NCBI GenBank assembly: GCA_034780895.1
Contig: JAUZTB010000117.1
Coordinates: 7,480,770-7,544,769, forward strand
Direction of reading: 5' to 3'
From: Rhynchobatus australiae
Lineage: Eukaryota
DNA length: 64,000 nt
Below the pieces are notes generated by a model, which was not told the origin of the DNA, searched no databases, and saw only the letters and a list, made by a program, of their open reading frames with translations. The position numbers were made by a program, and so were the translations under genes. How positions within the stretch are numbered: position 1 is the first letter of the stretch; each line of letters starts with the position of its first letter. Shown piece by piece: positions 39,085 through 50,780 of the stretch.

Positions 39085-39560
39085 TAGAGACACAAGAGAT
39101 TGCAGATGTTGGAATCTGGAGCAATAAACAAAGTGCTGGAGGGACTCAGTGGGTCAGGCAGCATCTGTGGAGGGAACTGGACAGTTGGCATTTTGAATCG
39201 AGACCCTTCATCTAGACTGAAAGATAGAGAGGAGATGGCCAGGATAAGGTGGTGAGGGGAAGGGGTGGGGCAAGAGTTAGCAGGGGATAGTGAATCCAGA
39301 TGGAGGGGTGATAGGCAGACGGAGGAGGGAAGAGTGGAAATAGTGAGGCAATAGATGGAGGCAAGAAAGGGCCACAGATGTCGGAATTGGATAGGAAATG
39401 AAGGTGATGCATGGAATCAAATTAGGGAGGTGGGGAAGGCAGATGGGAACAGTAGGGGGAGGGGATCCAGTGGAAGGAATGTGTGGGTGATAGGCAGATG
39501 TAGTGGGTGAAGGAGGAGAAAGAAATGATTGTTGTGGAAAGTAACTAGTACCAGGCACAA
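39085..39560 (-). mobile_element. Penelope-like terminus plus purine-rich body; hammerhead decayed
   Basis: 'gagacacaagagattgcagatgttggaatctggagc...gagacccttcatctagact' followed by a G/A-rich tract. Confidence 0.8.
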
Positions 39561-40239
39561 GCAGAAAAACTCTGCAGCTTTACCCTACTTTAGTCAGTTA
39601 ACATTACTTATTCATCACTTGTTTAGCAGTTTCAAGGTAGTCCTCAGTCATATTTTGAGCACATTTTGCCCTCGCAATCTATAGAATCATGCCCCCCGAG
39701 CAGTCAGCACATAATTCTGCATTTTTATTGTTGCTTCACTTGAGTTGGAAGTATGAGATCTGACTTGACTCAGCTGCCAAAACAAACTGCTGCACAACAG
39801 AAACCAAGTCACCACTAGCCAAATGAGAAGTCACCGCCAGTCCAACAGCTCCAAACTTTCCCCATGTGTCTCAGTATTCAAAATGGAGTGAAGTCAGATA
39901 CGATTACCGCTGCCAAGGTTCTCCTGGCCAACCATTTAAAAATCAGACAAAAATATTGCTTCCCAACAAGAATTAAAGAATTGTACTTGCCTGCTGCCAT
40001 CTGGCACGTGCAGAGTTCATACCTTTTTAAAAAAAGGATTCTGAAACCTAGACATAAAGGAAGAATTTTTCAACTGTTGGCAAGACTATAAAAGTTGTTG
40101 TTGTGACTACAAAACTGCTGCAGCTACAGCACGTGTACGAAGAAAATTTGACACAAGTAGGATTCAATGTTAGTCTTCTCCCTCTCTCTCCAATAGGAAA
40201 ATCCACAACAACACTCTCAACCCTCATTCCATCACCCTA

Positions 40240-41050
40240 TGTCATAAGGTAAATGGCAGCAGAGGGTGGCCAGTTGGCCCTTCATGCCTGCTGCACTATT
40301 GAGATCGCAGCCGTTTTAAATCTCAGCCCCACATTCCTGCCCATATCCCCTGATTCCCTTAATATCCAACTTTTTTTTCCATTAAAATACTCCTCCGGGT
40401 CTTGAACATGACAATTTAATCCACCTCTACCAGATCCAAATCAGTTGCTGCATAAAAAAGAAGCAGCTTCACAAAGTTCTCGTTCCATTCACCTGCATTC
40501 CACATCCTTTGGTTCATGACCCTTAGGCTAATGGTGACAGGTTATCTATTCTATTTGTTCACTGCAGTTCAAATTCCTCCATCAGATCCCCTCTCAACTT
40601 CTGTCTAACAAGGACAATCCCAGCTTCTCTAATTGCATTTAAGGTCCCTTATCCCCAAAACCATTCGATTCCACATCCCAGCCAAGGCTTTCATATTTCT
40701 CCTCAAATGTGGTCCGAGAACCGTTGTGGACAAAGTCTTTTTCAAAGGTTCACCAGGTTTGTCTCACTCCAGTATTCTATGCCTTTGTTCAGAAAGCCCT
40801 GGATCCCATGTTTTTAAGCTGCCTTGTCAACCTTCCTTACCATTGACAATGACATTTGCATAATAACCATCAGATCGCTCTATTGGAACTTCAATAGAAT
40901 TGTGTCCTCAATCTCATATTTCCCCTACTTCTGAGTTTTGTGTCACCTGCACATTTGGAAATTATGCCCTGTATATGTCCAAGTCATTTATATATATTAA
41001 AAAAAACTGGTCTTTGTACTGATCCCTACAGAACATCCCCTTCAAAAGCA
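40240..41050 (-). mobile_element. CR1-type LINE remnants
   Basis: Tail motif at about 40250-40310; body 'catcagatcccctctcaacttc', 'gtcacctgcacatttgg', 'tactgatccct'. Confidence 0.6.
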
Positions 41051-42699
41051 ATGAAGGCTGCAACGTTCTGCACTCTCAGGCAGTCAGTTCCAGACATCAT
41101 AATGACTTAGCAACCATTCACTACAACACTTTGCTGTCATTTAGCAGATTTTCTAATTGTGTTACTATTGCCCCCACCCCCCGCTGCATCTTGGTGTCCA
41201 TCTCCCCGCCAAGTTCATTGAATCCCATCTTTCTTCCAACAAGTCCAACTGAAAATTTATTCCATTTCAATTTCAGTAACAATCCTCTTGAAGAATGCTT
41301 CAGTTAAACAGGTAANNNNNNNNNNAAACCTCACAATACACCATTGTTTCTGCCAGGTAACTAGAAACACAGTCATGCTATCTAGAAAGCATGGTCAAAA
41401 AATATAAAGTGCATTCTAGATTTGTAGCAAGTTGAACGCTAAAAACGAAATTCAATCCACATTTGGAATCTGCCAAGCATTCTCAGCCAAGTACAACACA
41501 GGCAGATGTGGAGTTAAGTTCGCAAAGTCCAAAGCAATGTAGCTGAATCCAGACCTCAATATTATCCTCAACGTGCAACCAGACTGTTTCAGATTTCCGG
41601 TATTTGTGGTTTTTTTTTATTTTCATGCAGCCAATATAAACTCTTGCATTTCCCACAGTTTCTTGCTTACCTTATGACTTCAAAAAATGTCTACTACGCC
41701 AATTTACAGCCACACAGAAGACTGAAATAGACTGCAATATCCAGGAACTAGACCAGATGGTATAGCCCGGTGCACAAGCAGAAGCTCATGCACATCCAAC
41801 ATTAATCTGCCTCTTTTTAAATGTACCCACCAGAAAACGAATGAACAGATGTGCATTCACATTGATCGCACCTTCAGACTTCAATCTCATGCTGCCACCA
41901 AAAACGATGGGTCTCAGACACAAAGTGTTAATTCTGTTTCGACAGATACTACCTGACCTGCTGAGTGTTTACAGCATTTTCGTTTTCAAAACTGTCTATG
42001 AAAAGGATTCCTGGCAGGATTCAGATAATTTCCAGGCATTGTACTTCACAAATGATATACTGGATTTGGTAGGACAGCAGTATGGATTTAGAGGAATGAT
42101 CCTGAGATTCCAAGGGCTAAATTATATCCCAAAGTCAAATTACTTGGTTCTTAAGAGGTAATATGACTAACATTTTCAAGAGATTAAGGACAACTGCCAG
42201 AGTAAGTGCAGAGAAACTATTTCCACTGATTGGCAAGTTCAAGACCAAAGTGAAGCCTTTGAGTGAATTTAGGATACACTACTTAGGAAACATGCAGGGT
42301 ACCATCGGAACTGCAAAACCTCTTCAGCAAATGGGGCTCAACTGTGTATTTGAAAACTGACAATGAAAGGTTTTTGTTCATCAGATATTTAAGGACATGG
42401 TGCAAGGGCAGGCATATGGAGTTATATTAGCTGTGATACTATAGAATGCCTCAAGGTAGTAAGATAGGTTACTCAGTTGCAATTTTCCTACCTACTTGCT
42501 TTTTCAGATCTGGCTGTCACTGATAACATCAGCATTTATTGCCCACACCTAACTGTTCCAGAGAAGTTGGTAGTGAGCCACCTTCTTCAACTGCTGCAGT
42601 CATTCTGGTGAAGGTACTCCCACAGTATTATTGGGAAGAGTTCTAGGAACTAGATCCAGCCACATAGATGGAATAGTGATATTGTCCAGATGGAACTGG

Positions 42700-43500
42700 A
42701 ATTGGAATTAGTTTATTACTGTCACTTGTCGAGGTCTTGTCTCTTTTGCACTATTTATTTACTTTTGTAACTTATAGTAATTTTTTTATGTCTTAATGTA
42801 TTGCACTTACTGCTGCTGCAAAACAACAAATTTCATGACATATGTCAATGATAATAAACCTGATTCTGATAGTGAAGAACTAGTCTTCTTATCTTACATA
42901 CTGCTCATACAGATCAATTCATTACATAGTGCATTGAGGTAGTACAAGGAAAAACAGTACAGAATGCAGAGTAAAGTGTCACAGTTACAGAGAAAGTGCA
43001 GTGCAGGTGGACAATAAGGTGCAAGGACGTAAGGTAGATTGTGAGGTCAAGTGCCCATCTTACTGTACTAAGGAACCATTCAACAGTCTTACAACAGCAA
43101 GACAGAATCTGTCCTTGAGCCTGGTGGTACATACTTTCAGGCTTTTGTATCTTCTGCCAGAGGGGAGAAGAGAAAAATGTCTGGGGTGAGTGGGGTCATT
43201 GATTATGTCAGCTGCTTTACAAAGGAAGCAAGAAGTATCGGCAGAATCCACAGAGGGGAGGCTGGTTTTTGTGATGTGCCAAGCTGTGTCCACAACTCTC
43301 TGCAGTTATTTGCGGTCCCGGGCAGAGCAGTTGCTATACCAAGCCGTGATGCATCCAGATAGAATGTTTTCTATAGTGTATTGATAAAAATTAGTGTCAA
43401 ATGGGGACATGCCAAATTTCTTTAGCCTCCTGAGGAAGAGAGGTGCTGGTGAGCATTCTTGGCCATGGTGTCTACATAGTTGGACCAGGACAAGATATTG
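42700..43500 (-). mobile_element. Rex1 LINE 3' fragment (tail type C)
   Basis: Minus ORFs read LFLRRLKKFGMS..NFYQYTIENILSGCITAWY and IINDPTHPRHFSLLPSGRRYKSL. Confidence 0.9.
42736..42870 (+). mobile_element. Rex1 tail type B inserted into the tail-C hairpin
   Basis: Matches 58830-58950 and splits host 'gaggt|agtgaa' (intact form gaggtacagtgaa at 31566). Confidence 0.85.
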
Positions 43501-44379
43501 ATGCTGGGCAACTTGGAGAGCGAGAGGTGGAAAATACATTTAAAGCCCTTGTCAACCTTGGAGGGAGTGGTTGTGGGTTTAGGAGTGGAGTAACTAAGGC
43601 GAGTGAAAACAGCAACTTTATGTAGTACACACTCCAGCAATGCCTTGTCAGCAGAGAGATGAATATTTAGGGTGGTTGATGGAATACCAATTAAACAGGC
43701 TGCTTTGTCCTGGGTGGCATCGAGTTGAGTGTCAGACTAGCACTCATCCAAGTGTTCTATCATACTGGAAAGGCATTGGGGCATAAAGGGATGAATTATT
43801 TTCTCCAGAACTTTAGCTTCCTAATTGTTCTGATAGCCAGAATATTTGTAGGTGGTCCAACTAGATTCCTGGTCAGCAGTGACCTTTCCCCAACCTCCAG
43901 AATGCTGACAATGGGAGACTCGGTCATTACCACTGCTATCATGTTACCTGCCACTTAACAGTCCAAGCCTGAAACATTGTCTAGATCTTGCTGTTTGGAA
44001 GCATGAACTGCAATGTTTCCAAACCAGTTGCAAATGGAATCATGCAATCTCAGCCGACATCTCCACTTCTCACTTTATGGCAGAAGGAAGGTCATTGATG
44101 AAGCGTCTGATGGTTGGGCTTCGAACACTGCCTTGAGGAACTCCTATAGTGTTGTCCTGGATCTGCAATGATTCACCCCCAACAACCACAATTATCTTCT
44201 TTTGTGTGAGGTATGACTCCAACCAGTGGAGTATTTTCCCACTGAAGTTGTTTCAAGAAATACAAGTGAATATTTGAACAGAATTTTTTTTTTTGTTTCA
44301 CAGGCTGCCACTAGTCAGTCAGGGATAAAGAAGAACTGAATGAAACACTACTGAAGACCAAATCCAAAGGAAGCCACTG

Positions 44380-44950
44380 GGTATGTTGTGTTGCAAGTTT
44401 ACAAAACAGTGGTTAGACCGCACTTGGAGTATTGTGTGCATTTCTGGTCATCACACTATAGGAAAGATGTGGTTGCACCAGAGAGTGCAGAGGAAATGCA
44501 GCACAATATTGCCTACATTGGAGGACTTCAGTTATGGGGTGAGATTGGGTTTGTTTACCCTGGAGCATCAGAGGCTGAGGGGATAGAGATATGTAAAATA
44601 AGAGGTATAGATAGGGTAGATAGTCAGAATTTTATTCCCATAGAAGGNNNNNNNNNNNNNNNNNNNNNNNNNNNNNNNNNNNNGAGAAAGGAGTTTTAAA
44701 AGGGGATTGAGGGAAAAGCTTTTGAACACAAAAAGTGGTTGATATCTGGAACTCTGTCAGAGGTGGCAGTAGAATTAGATACAATCACTATATTTATGAG
44801 ACATTTAGACAGGCACTTAAATAGGCAAGGAATAGAACAATACGGACCTCGTGCAGGCAAATGGGATTAGCGTAGGTGAGCAAAGAGATCAGCAAAAAGA
44901 CTTGGTGGGTGAAGGGCCGGTTTCTGTACTGCACAGCTCCATGACTTTGA
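44380..44950 (+). mobile_element. CR1 LINE 3' fragment
   Basis: MLQVYKTVVRPHLEYCVHFWSSHYRKDV; tail 'gaagggccggtttctgtactg'. Confidence 0.9.
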
Positions 44951-46314
44951 TTAGCTTTGCTCAGACAATGACAGAACAAGTTTGAGGGGCCAACTTATTT
45001 ACTCCTTTTCTGTTACTGGCAGTGCAGACTTGAGAGAGCACATGAACAGCTTCTGCTCCCATTCCTCATGGTCTCATTCTGGAGTGCCCGTAGTTGTGAG
45101 AGCACCACATTGCAGCTGCTGGTTTCATAACATCCACTCTGCAATGCTTCTGCATCAGGGCAGTTCTGAAATGGATTCAAAAGCACAAGTGAAGTAATAA
45201 CCTATCAACCATGTGGAACATCTGGCTCTAGACTAAAGATCTTGCCTTAAGAGTCAANNNNNNNNNNNNNNNNNNNNNNNNNNNNNNNNNNNNNNNNNNN
45301 NNNNNNNNNNNNNNNNNNNNNNNNNNNNNNNNNNNNNNNNNNNNNNNNNNNNNNNNNCCTTAAGAGTCAATAGGCATAAAGATGACAAAACAAACATCCC
45401 TGGAGCAATGTATTCAAACTACAAACAGAATGCATCAGAGTTCTGACATGAATTCTAGAATCATAAGTTCTTTTTCCACCCCCAGTGATTTGCCTCCTAT
45501 TCCACACAAAATTTTTATCATCTTGGTTTTTAAAAACAAAAATAATTAGGTTTTGACTGGTTGCCTTCAGTGCCTGATCATCATCTCTGGACCTGATTAG
45601 AAGGGAGTTACTTCTCATGGGAACTGACTGCTCCTAACTTAATTAAAAGCGGAGATGTCTCTTGATGTCACGTGGGACTTTATTCAAAGCACAAACTTCC
45701 TGCTGACTAAATACGTTCTTCACAACTGCACGATGATGACTGATCTGATCAGCATTCTCTTCACAAAGAATTCTCTCAGTTATCCTTGGAATCCACTTTT
45801 GTTCTGTCTTTCCTCAAACTGGATACTGTCTCTCTTACATTCCCAAAGGATCAAGTATTAAAAGATTGTCTTCTTCTATGTAACAAATTGTTGAGATCAC
45901 ACAACTTGGATGGAGTGCACTCTAAAGTAACAAAAGCATAGCCTGACCAGAGATAACAGACTGCACCCCAATGTGGGTTAAAATGTAAATTTCTGTGTCA
46001 ATCACACCAAAATGTATGCTTCTTCATTACTTTTGCATTAATGAGATGAAGAAACTGTATCAGTCCCTGTTTTAAATTAACAAAACAGCATCAACAATAA
46101 GATAAATTCACCTTGCTGCTGTGTGTGGCGTTTTTGTGTGTGGACAAAGGCTCTTGCGTTCATCCATAGAATAAAATCCAAGGGTGCCAGGAAGTAGGGG
46201 GTGGGGTTGGGTGAGGATAAACTAGGATGCTGGAGGAAGAAGTAAGTGATGTATTGAGCAGGATTACACTCAGCATTGACAACCCAGGTCAAAAAAAGAT
46301 TCAAAAGAGTCCTT

Positions 46315-46900
46315 TTAGACTTCAGCAGCGCTTTTGACTAGGTCCCACAAAGGACTTTAACAAGGCTTTTGACAAGGCCCCACATGGTAGACAAGTCTGG
46401 AAGGTGAGATCACACGTGATCCAGGGTGAGTTAATGAACTGGATACAAAATTGGCTTAGTAGAAGGAATCTGAGTGATAGTGGCAAGCTGTTTTTCCACA
46501 TTGATATGATACGATTTCTTAATTAGTCACATGTATATCAAAACACAAGTGAAATTCATCTTTTTGCGTCGTGTTCTGGGGGCAGCCCACAAGTGTTGTC
46601 ACGCTTCTGGCGCCGACATAGCACGCCCACAACTTCCTAACCCGTACGTCTTTGGAATGTGAGAGGAAACCAGAGCACCCGGAAGAAACCCGCGCAGATA
46701 CAGGGAGAAACAAACTCCTTACAGTGGCTGGAATTGAACCCCAGTCGCTGGCGTTGTAAAGCGTTATGCTAACCACTACACCATCGTTCCTGTCACCACT
46801 GGCCTGTGACCAGTGGTGTGCCTGTTATTTGTCATATATATTAACCATGTGCTTAAGAATATAGGTGGCATGATTACTAAGCATGCAGATGACACCAAAA
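46315..46900 (+). mobile_element. CR1 RT fragment interrupted by a SINE
   Basis: DFNKAFDKAPHGR..KVRSHVIQGEL.NWIQNWL, resuming PVTSGVP..K.ADDTK after 46795. Confidence 0.8.
46505..46795 (-). mobile_element. full-length V-SINE with Rex1-type tail
   Basis: tRNA head (A box 'tggtgtagtgg', B box 'ggttcaattcc'), V-domain, hairpin tail. Confidence 0.9.
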
Positions 46901-47035
46901 ACATAGAAGCAATACAGCACATAAACAGGCCCTTTGGCCTGCGATGTCTGTGCCAACCATGATTCCATCTGCCTGAACATGGTCTATATCCCTCCATTCC
47001 CAGCCTATTTGTCTGTTAAAATGCTTCTTAAATAT
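46900..47035 (-). mobile_element. CR1 3' tail fragment
   Basis: 'acatagaagcaatacagcacataaacaggccctttggcc', like 26060-26200. Confidence 0.75.
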
Positions 47036-47182
47036 GATCAAACTTTTCTTTGATGTGTCTTTGGAGACAAAATTCAGCTCCCATGCCTTTTGCTACCAAC
47101 TCCAAATATCCTTACATGAACTGGTGTTTCTATTATTCCACTTGTAAAAAGTCTGATGCACGTTCTTAATGAAAGGCTCTTG

Positions 47183-47562
47183 CTATTGGTTTATTATTGT
47201 CACTTGTACCAAGGTACAGTGAAAAACTCGTCTTGCATACCGATCGTATAGGTCAATTCATTACACAGTGCAGTTACATTGAGTTAGTACAGAGCGCAAT
47301 GATAGTAAAAACAATAACAGTAGAGTAAAGTGACACAGCTACAGAGAAAGTGCAGTACAATAAGGTGCAAGGTCTCAACAAGGTAGATCATGAGGTCATA
47401 GTCCATCTCATTGTATAAGGGAACAGTTCAATAGTCTTATCACAGTGGGATAGAAGCTGTCCTTAAGTCTGGTGGTACATGCCCTCAGGCTCTTGTATCT
47501 TCTACCCGATGGAAGAGGAGAGAAGAGAGAATGTCCCTGGTGGGTGGGGTCTTTGATTATGC
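47183..47562 (-). mobile_element. Rex1 LINE 3' end (tail type C)
   Basis: 'tattggtttattattgtcacttgtaccaaggtacagtgaaaaac'. Confidence 0.88.
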
Positions 47563-47849
47563 ACCTAAGGTCCAAGTTTTGGATTTACATTAATCAGCTT
47601 CTTCCCATGTGTTTATTTCACTCTTCCCCAACAATGGGAATTCACTGAGCATGGGCAGCCTTTAACTCTCTGGTGTCACAGGGAACTCAGACTCTGTTAC
47701 TACAGGTTTGGCTGCACAAAATAGAGGAGAGATAGCTGCTTCATGGGATTCAATTCAGGCAAAGCAAGTCCCCATCTGTGATGGTCCCCATTACTTCATC
47801 ATTCAGGTTTACTGGAAGAAGGGGACATGCTCCAGGTCAGTAAGAGGCA

Positions 47850-48165
47850 AGCATTGACTAAGATCATGGCTGACCTTATATTTCAGCTTTCCAGCACTAA
47901 TCCTATACCCCAAAGCAATTAACACCCAAAGTTCTGCACACCTTCTGTATTCAATATACTCAGCAACCCAGCTTCAACTGCCCTCTTGGGTACAGAATTC
48001 TAGATGCACTACCATCTGGGCAAAGATATCTCTTCTCACCTCAGTCATGAGTGGCTGACAACTTACTTTGAGACAATGGCCCCTGGTTCCAGACACACTC
48101 ACCAGTGAAAATATCATCACTGCATCCACTCCAAGTCACAAAAGAATTTACTCTGTTTCAGATGG
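47850..48165 (-). mobile_element. CR1-type LINE 3' remnant
   Basis: 'taagatcatggctgacc...cagaattctagatgcactaccatctggg...ggcccctggttccagac'. Confidence 0.65.
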
Positions 48166-48965
48166 GTCAGACTTTTAAGTTATGAAAGCAGTGGTGAGAT
48201 GGGTCCAAATTATGAGGAGCTTTTGATAGAATAGACAGGGAGAAACCGAAACTACTCGGAGAGCAATCATGCAGAGGACATAAATTCAAGGTGATGGCCA
48301 AAAAATCTAAGAGAAAAAGTTGCATTGTGTATTTTTACATCATGTCATTCTGTAAGCAACTGGCTAAATAGATATTGGAAGTAGATTAATTAGTAACCCA
48401 GATGTTTATAACTCATATGATCATTTATCTGAAAAATCCTTTGGCATTGCTCAAAAGAGAAAATGATACTCTCATGTGATTTTGTCCTTCTTTCTTTGGC
48501 TGATTCTCTATANNNNNNNNNNNNNNNNNNNNNNNNNNNNNNNNNNNNNNNNNNNNNNNNNNNNNNNNNNNNNNNNNNNNNNNNNNNNNNNNNNNNNNNN
48601 NNNNNNNNNNNNTTCTCTATAATTAACAGTATGCTGGCATCTCTCTCATGCTTAACTGGACTCATTGGCTCCACCATGCTGCATTTCTCACTGTGTCTGT
48701 GCAGCTACTTAATATTCAACTTGACGACAAATCTAGATTTGGAACCATCTGTAATCCTATAATTAAATCATTACACATTGCAGCGATGGTTTCGTAAATT
48801 TCCACAACTGTTTGCTTAAACCTGCCTGTTTTTTGGCCAAGTTTCGATCATCATTTTATTTAGTCATGTTCGTTAACATACTCTGAGCCAGCTCCCTTCT
48901 CCTACAGTGTAGAGTCTTAACCAGATACGGACGTTTCACACCATAGGCACCTGTGAACAGAACCG

Positions 48966-49290
48966 TGAGGCTGCACTGTGGTGCAGCAGTTAGTGCTGCT
49001 GCCTCAGCTCAGTGGATTAGGGCTCTTTCCTGACCTCGGGTGCAGAGTTAGCACATTCTCTCCATGACCATGTGGGTTTCCTCCAGGTGCTCCAGTTTCC
49101 TAAGTGGGCAAGTTGGTTGATTAGCTACTGTTATTTAAATCTTTGCTACAGGTTAATGGTAAAAAGAATCAACCAGGAGTTGACAGTCAAGGCAGAGAGT
49201 ATATACAGAAATAAGGAGAGGGAATGAGGCCAATGGGATTGCTCCCCTATGAGCTGGCATAGACTTAATGGGCTGAACAGTCTTCTATGT
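48966..49290 (+). mobile_element. older V-SINE with CR1-type tail
   Basis: A box 'tggtgcagcagttag', V-domain 'tgtgggtttcctccaggtgctccagtttcc', tail 'ggcatagacttaatgggctgaa'. Confidence 0.75.
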
Positions 49291-49479
49291 GAAAGAATTA
49301 ATGAGTGCGCTGCATAAATTACAAGGTAGTTACCATTTCTGTGATCGATGGCTTCTTAATAGTATGCTTCTTAATAGTTTTGGGAAGGTACTGTTGTCTT
49401 TAGTTCATATATATCTATATATAAAAGAGTTTCACACAACCAAGATAGTTTGGATATTTAGTAACTATTTCACTGTAAA

Positions 49480-49750
49480 AAATATAAAAGGGACGACCAA
49501 CTCGCACAAAGCTCCCACAAACATTAATGTTCTAACCAGATAATGTGTTTTAATAAAATTAGCTGTGAGTACATTTTGCACCGAACACTGGGAACAATAA
49601 TACTTGGCTTAGCATCATGGCATATTTTATGTGCAGAGAAAACAGACAGGGCCTCTGTTTATCATCTCAATCACAAAGGCAATGGTTCCGTAAGCATTGT
49701 ACTCCACTTGAATCTCAGCACAAATTTTGCATTCAAATCTAATGAATGAG
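49480..49750 (-). mobile_element. decayed Deu-domain SINE
   Basis: 'aacagacagggcctctgtttatcatctca...gcattgtactccacttgaatctcagc' is the reverse complement of the Deu core. Confidence 0.6.
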
Positions 49751-50289
49751 ATAGTGGAGTGGAAGTCCTCAAACTGTCAATGCACTAATTCACAAATAAG
49801 TCATCAATGATACGAGATGCAACAAAACTGATTTTTAGCAAAAAAAATCATTTGAAATCATACCCTATAACTGTGTTTTACCAATGGTGTGACAACATAA
49901 ATAAACAAGAGCAACATGGAATATAAGGGCAAAAAATGAATTACAGAAAATAACTGGACAGAGCCAATGTGAATTGTCTCACATTGCAGTTCTATTGTAC
50001 AAGGCAGGACATCACACACAGTCCAATGACTTGTCATCACTGTATGTAATCAAAAAAGCATTAAGCTGAGTTATAGCACATGTAGCTGCAGTGGGAGATT
50101 TTGAATAAGCAAAGCAAAATGGAAAAATATGAAAAGGCAATATTCTGATGCTGCCACATCAACAACAGTAAATATGAGCACACCAAAATTAAAAGGATGA
50201 GTGACATGACTGAATACTATTTCCATTACACTTTTTTTTTAAACCAGTGAATCAACTTGCCCATTTCCACTTGGTCTCTAATGCTTTAA

Positions 50290-50490
50290 CAGAGACACAA
50301 GAGGTTCTGCATATGCTGGTATCTGGAGCAACACACGTAAAATGCTGGAGGAACTCAGAGGTCAGGCAGCACCTATGGAGAGAAATAAACAGTCGATGTT
50401 TCAGGGGAGACTTAAAACATCAACTGTTTATTTCCCTCCATCGATGCTGCCTGACCTGCTGAGTTCCTCCAGCACTTTGTGCGTATTGCT
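50290..50490. mobile_element. Penelope-like fold-back element with TSD-like 11-bp repeat
   Basis: About 80-bp inverted arms with apex near 50405; flanked by ctctaatgctt at 50276-50286 and 50489-50499. Confidence 0.85.
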
Positions 50491-50604
50491 CTAATGCTTC
50501 AAAACATGCAACTTCCAAATAAGTTGAAATCACACCTTACAATCAAACACCCATCCTGTCAACATGGATGATTATTTTTAAATCTTTAAAAAGAATTACA
50601 AATA

Positions 50605-50780
50605 AGAGAGAAATGCCGGAAAAACTCAGGTTAGGCAGCATCTGTGGGAAAAGAAACAGTGAATGAAGGACTGCAGTTCTAAAACACTGACTGCTTCTCT
50701 TTTCACAGATGTTGCCTGATCTGCTGAGTTTTTCCAGCAGTATCTGATTTTGTTTCGGATTTCCAACATCTGCAGTTGTT
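50605..50780. mobile_element. Penelope-like fold-back element (second subfamily)
   Basis: 'ggaaaaactcagg..ggcagcatctgtg' versus 'cacagatgttgcc..ctgagtttttcc'; apex near 50665. Confidence 0.8.

Larger units (their letters stand above)
42505..44245 (-). mobile_element. 'IYKA.VR.VMEY'-family LINE relic, host of nested Rex1 copies
   Basis: 42505-42690 is the reverse complement of the family 3' end; the element resumes at about 43500 with RT motifs ('ggaaggtcattgatgaag', 'ccttgaggaactcc'). Confidence 0.7.

Noticed and set aside
44303-44385. Plus-strand acceptor (T-run + cacag) with a downstream GTATGT
   Set aside because: Stops in all three frames, and the donor lies at the edge of a CR1 fragment.
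46730-46790. tRNA-like A/B boxes (also about 61070-61140 and 27940-27985)
   Set aside because: These are SINE heads continuous with SINE bodies, not tRNA genes.
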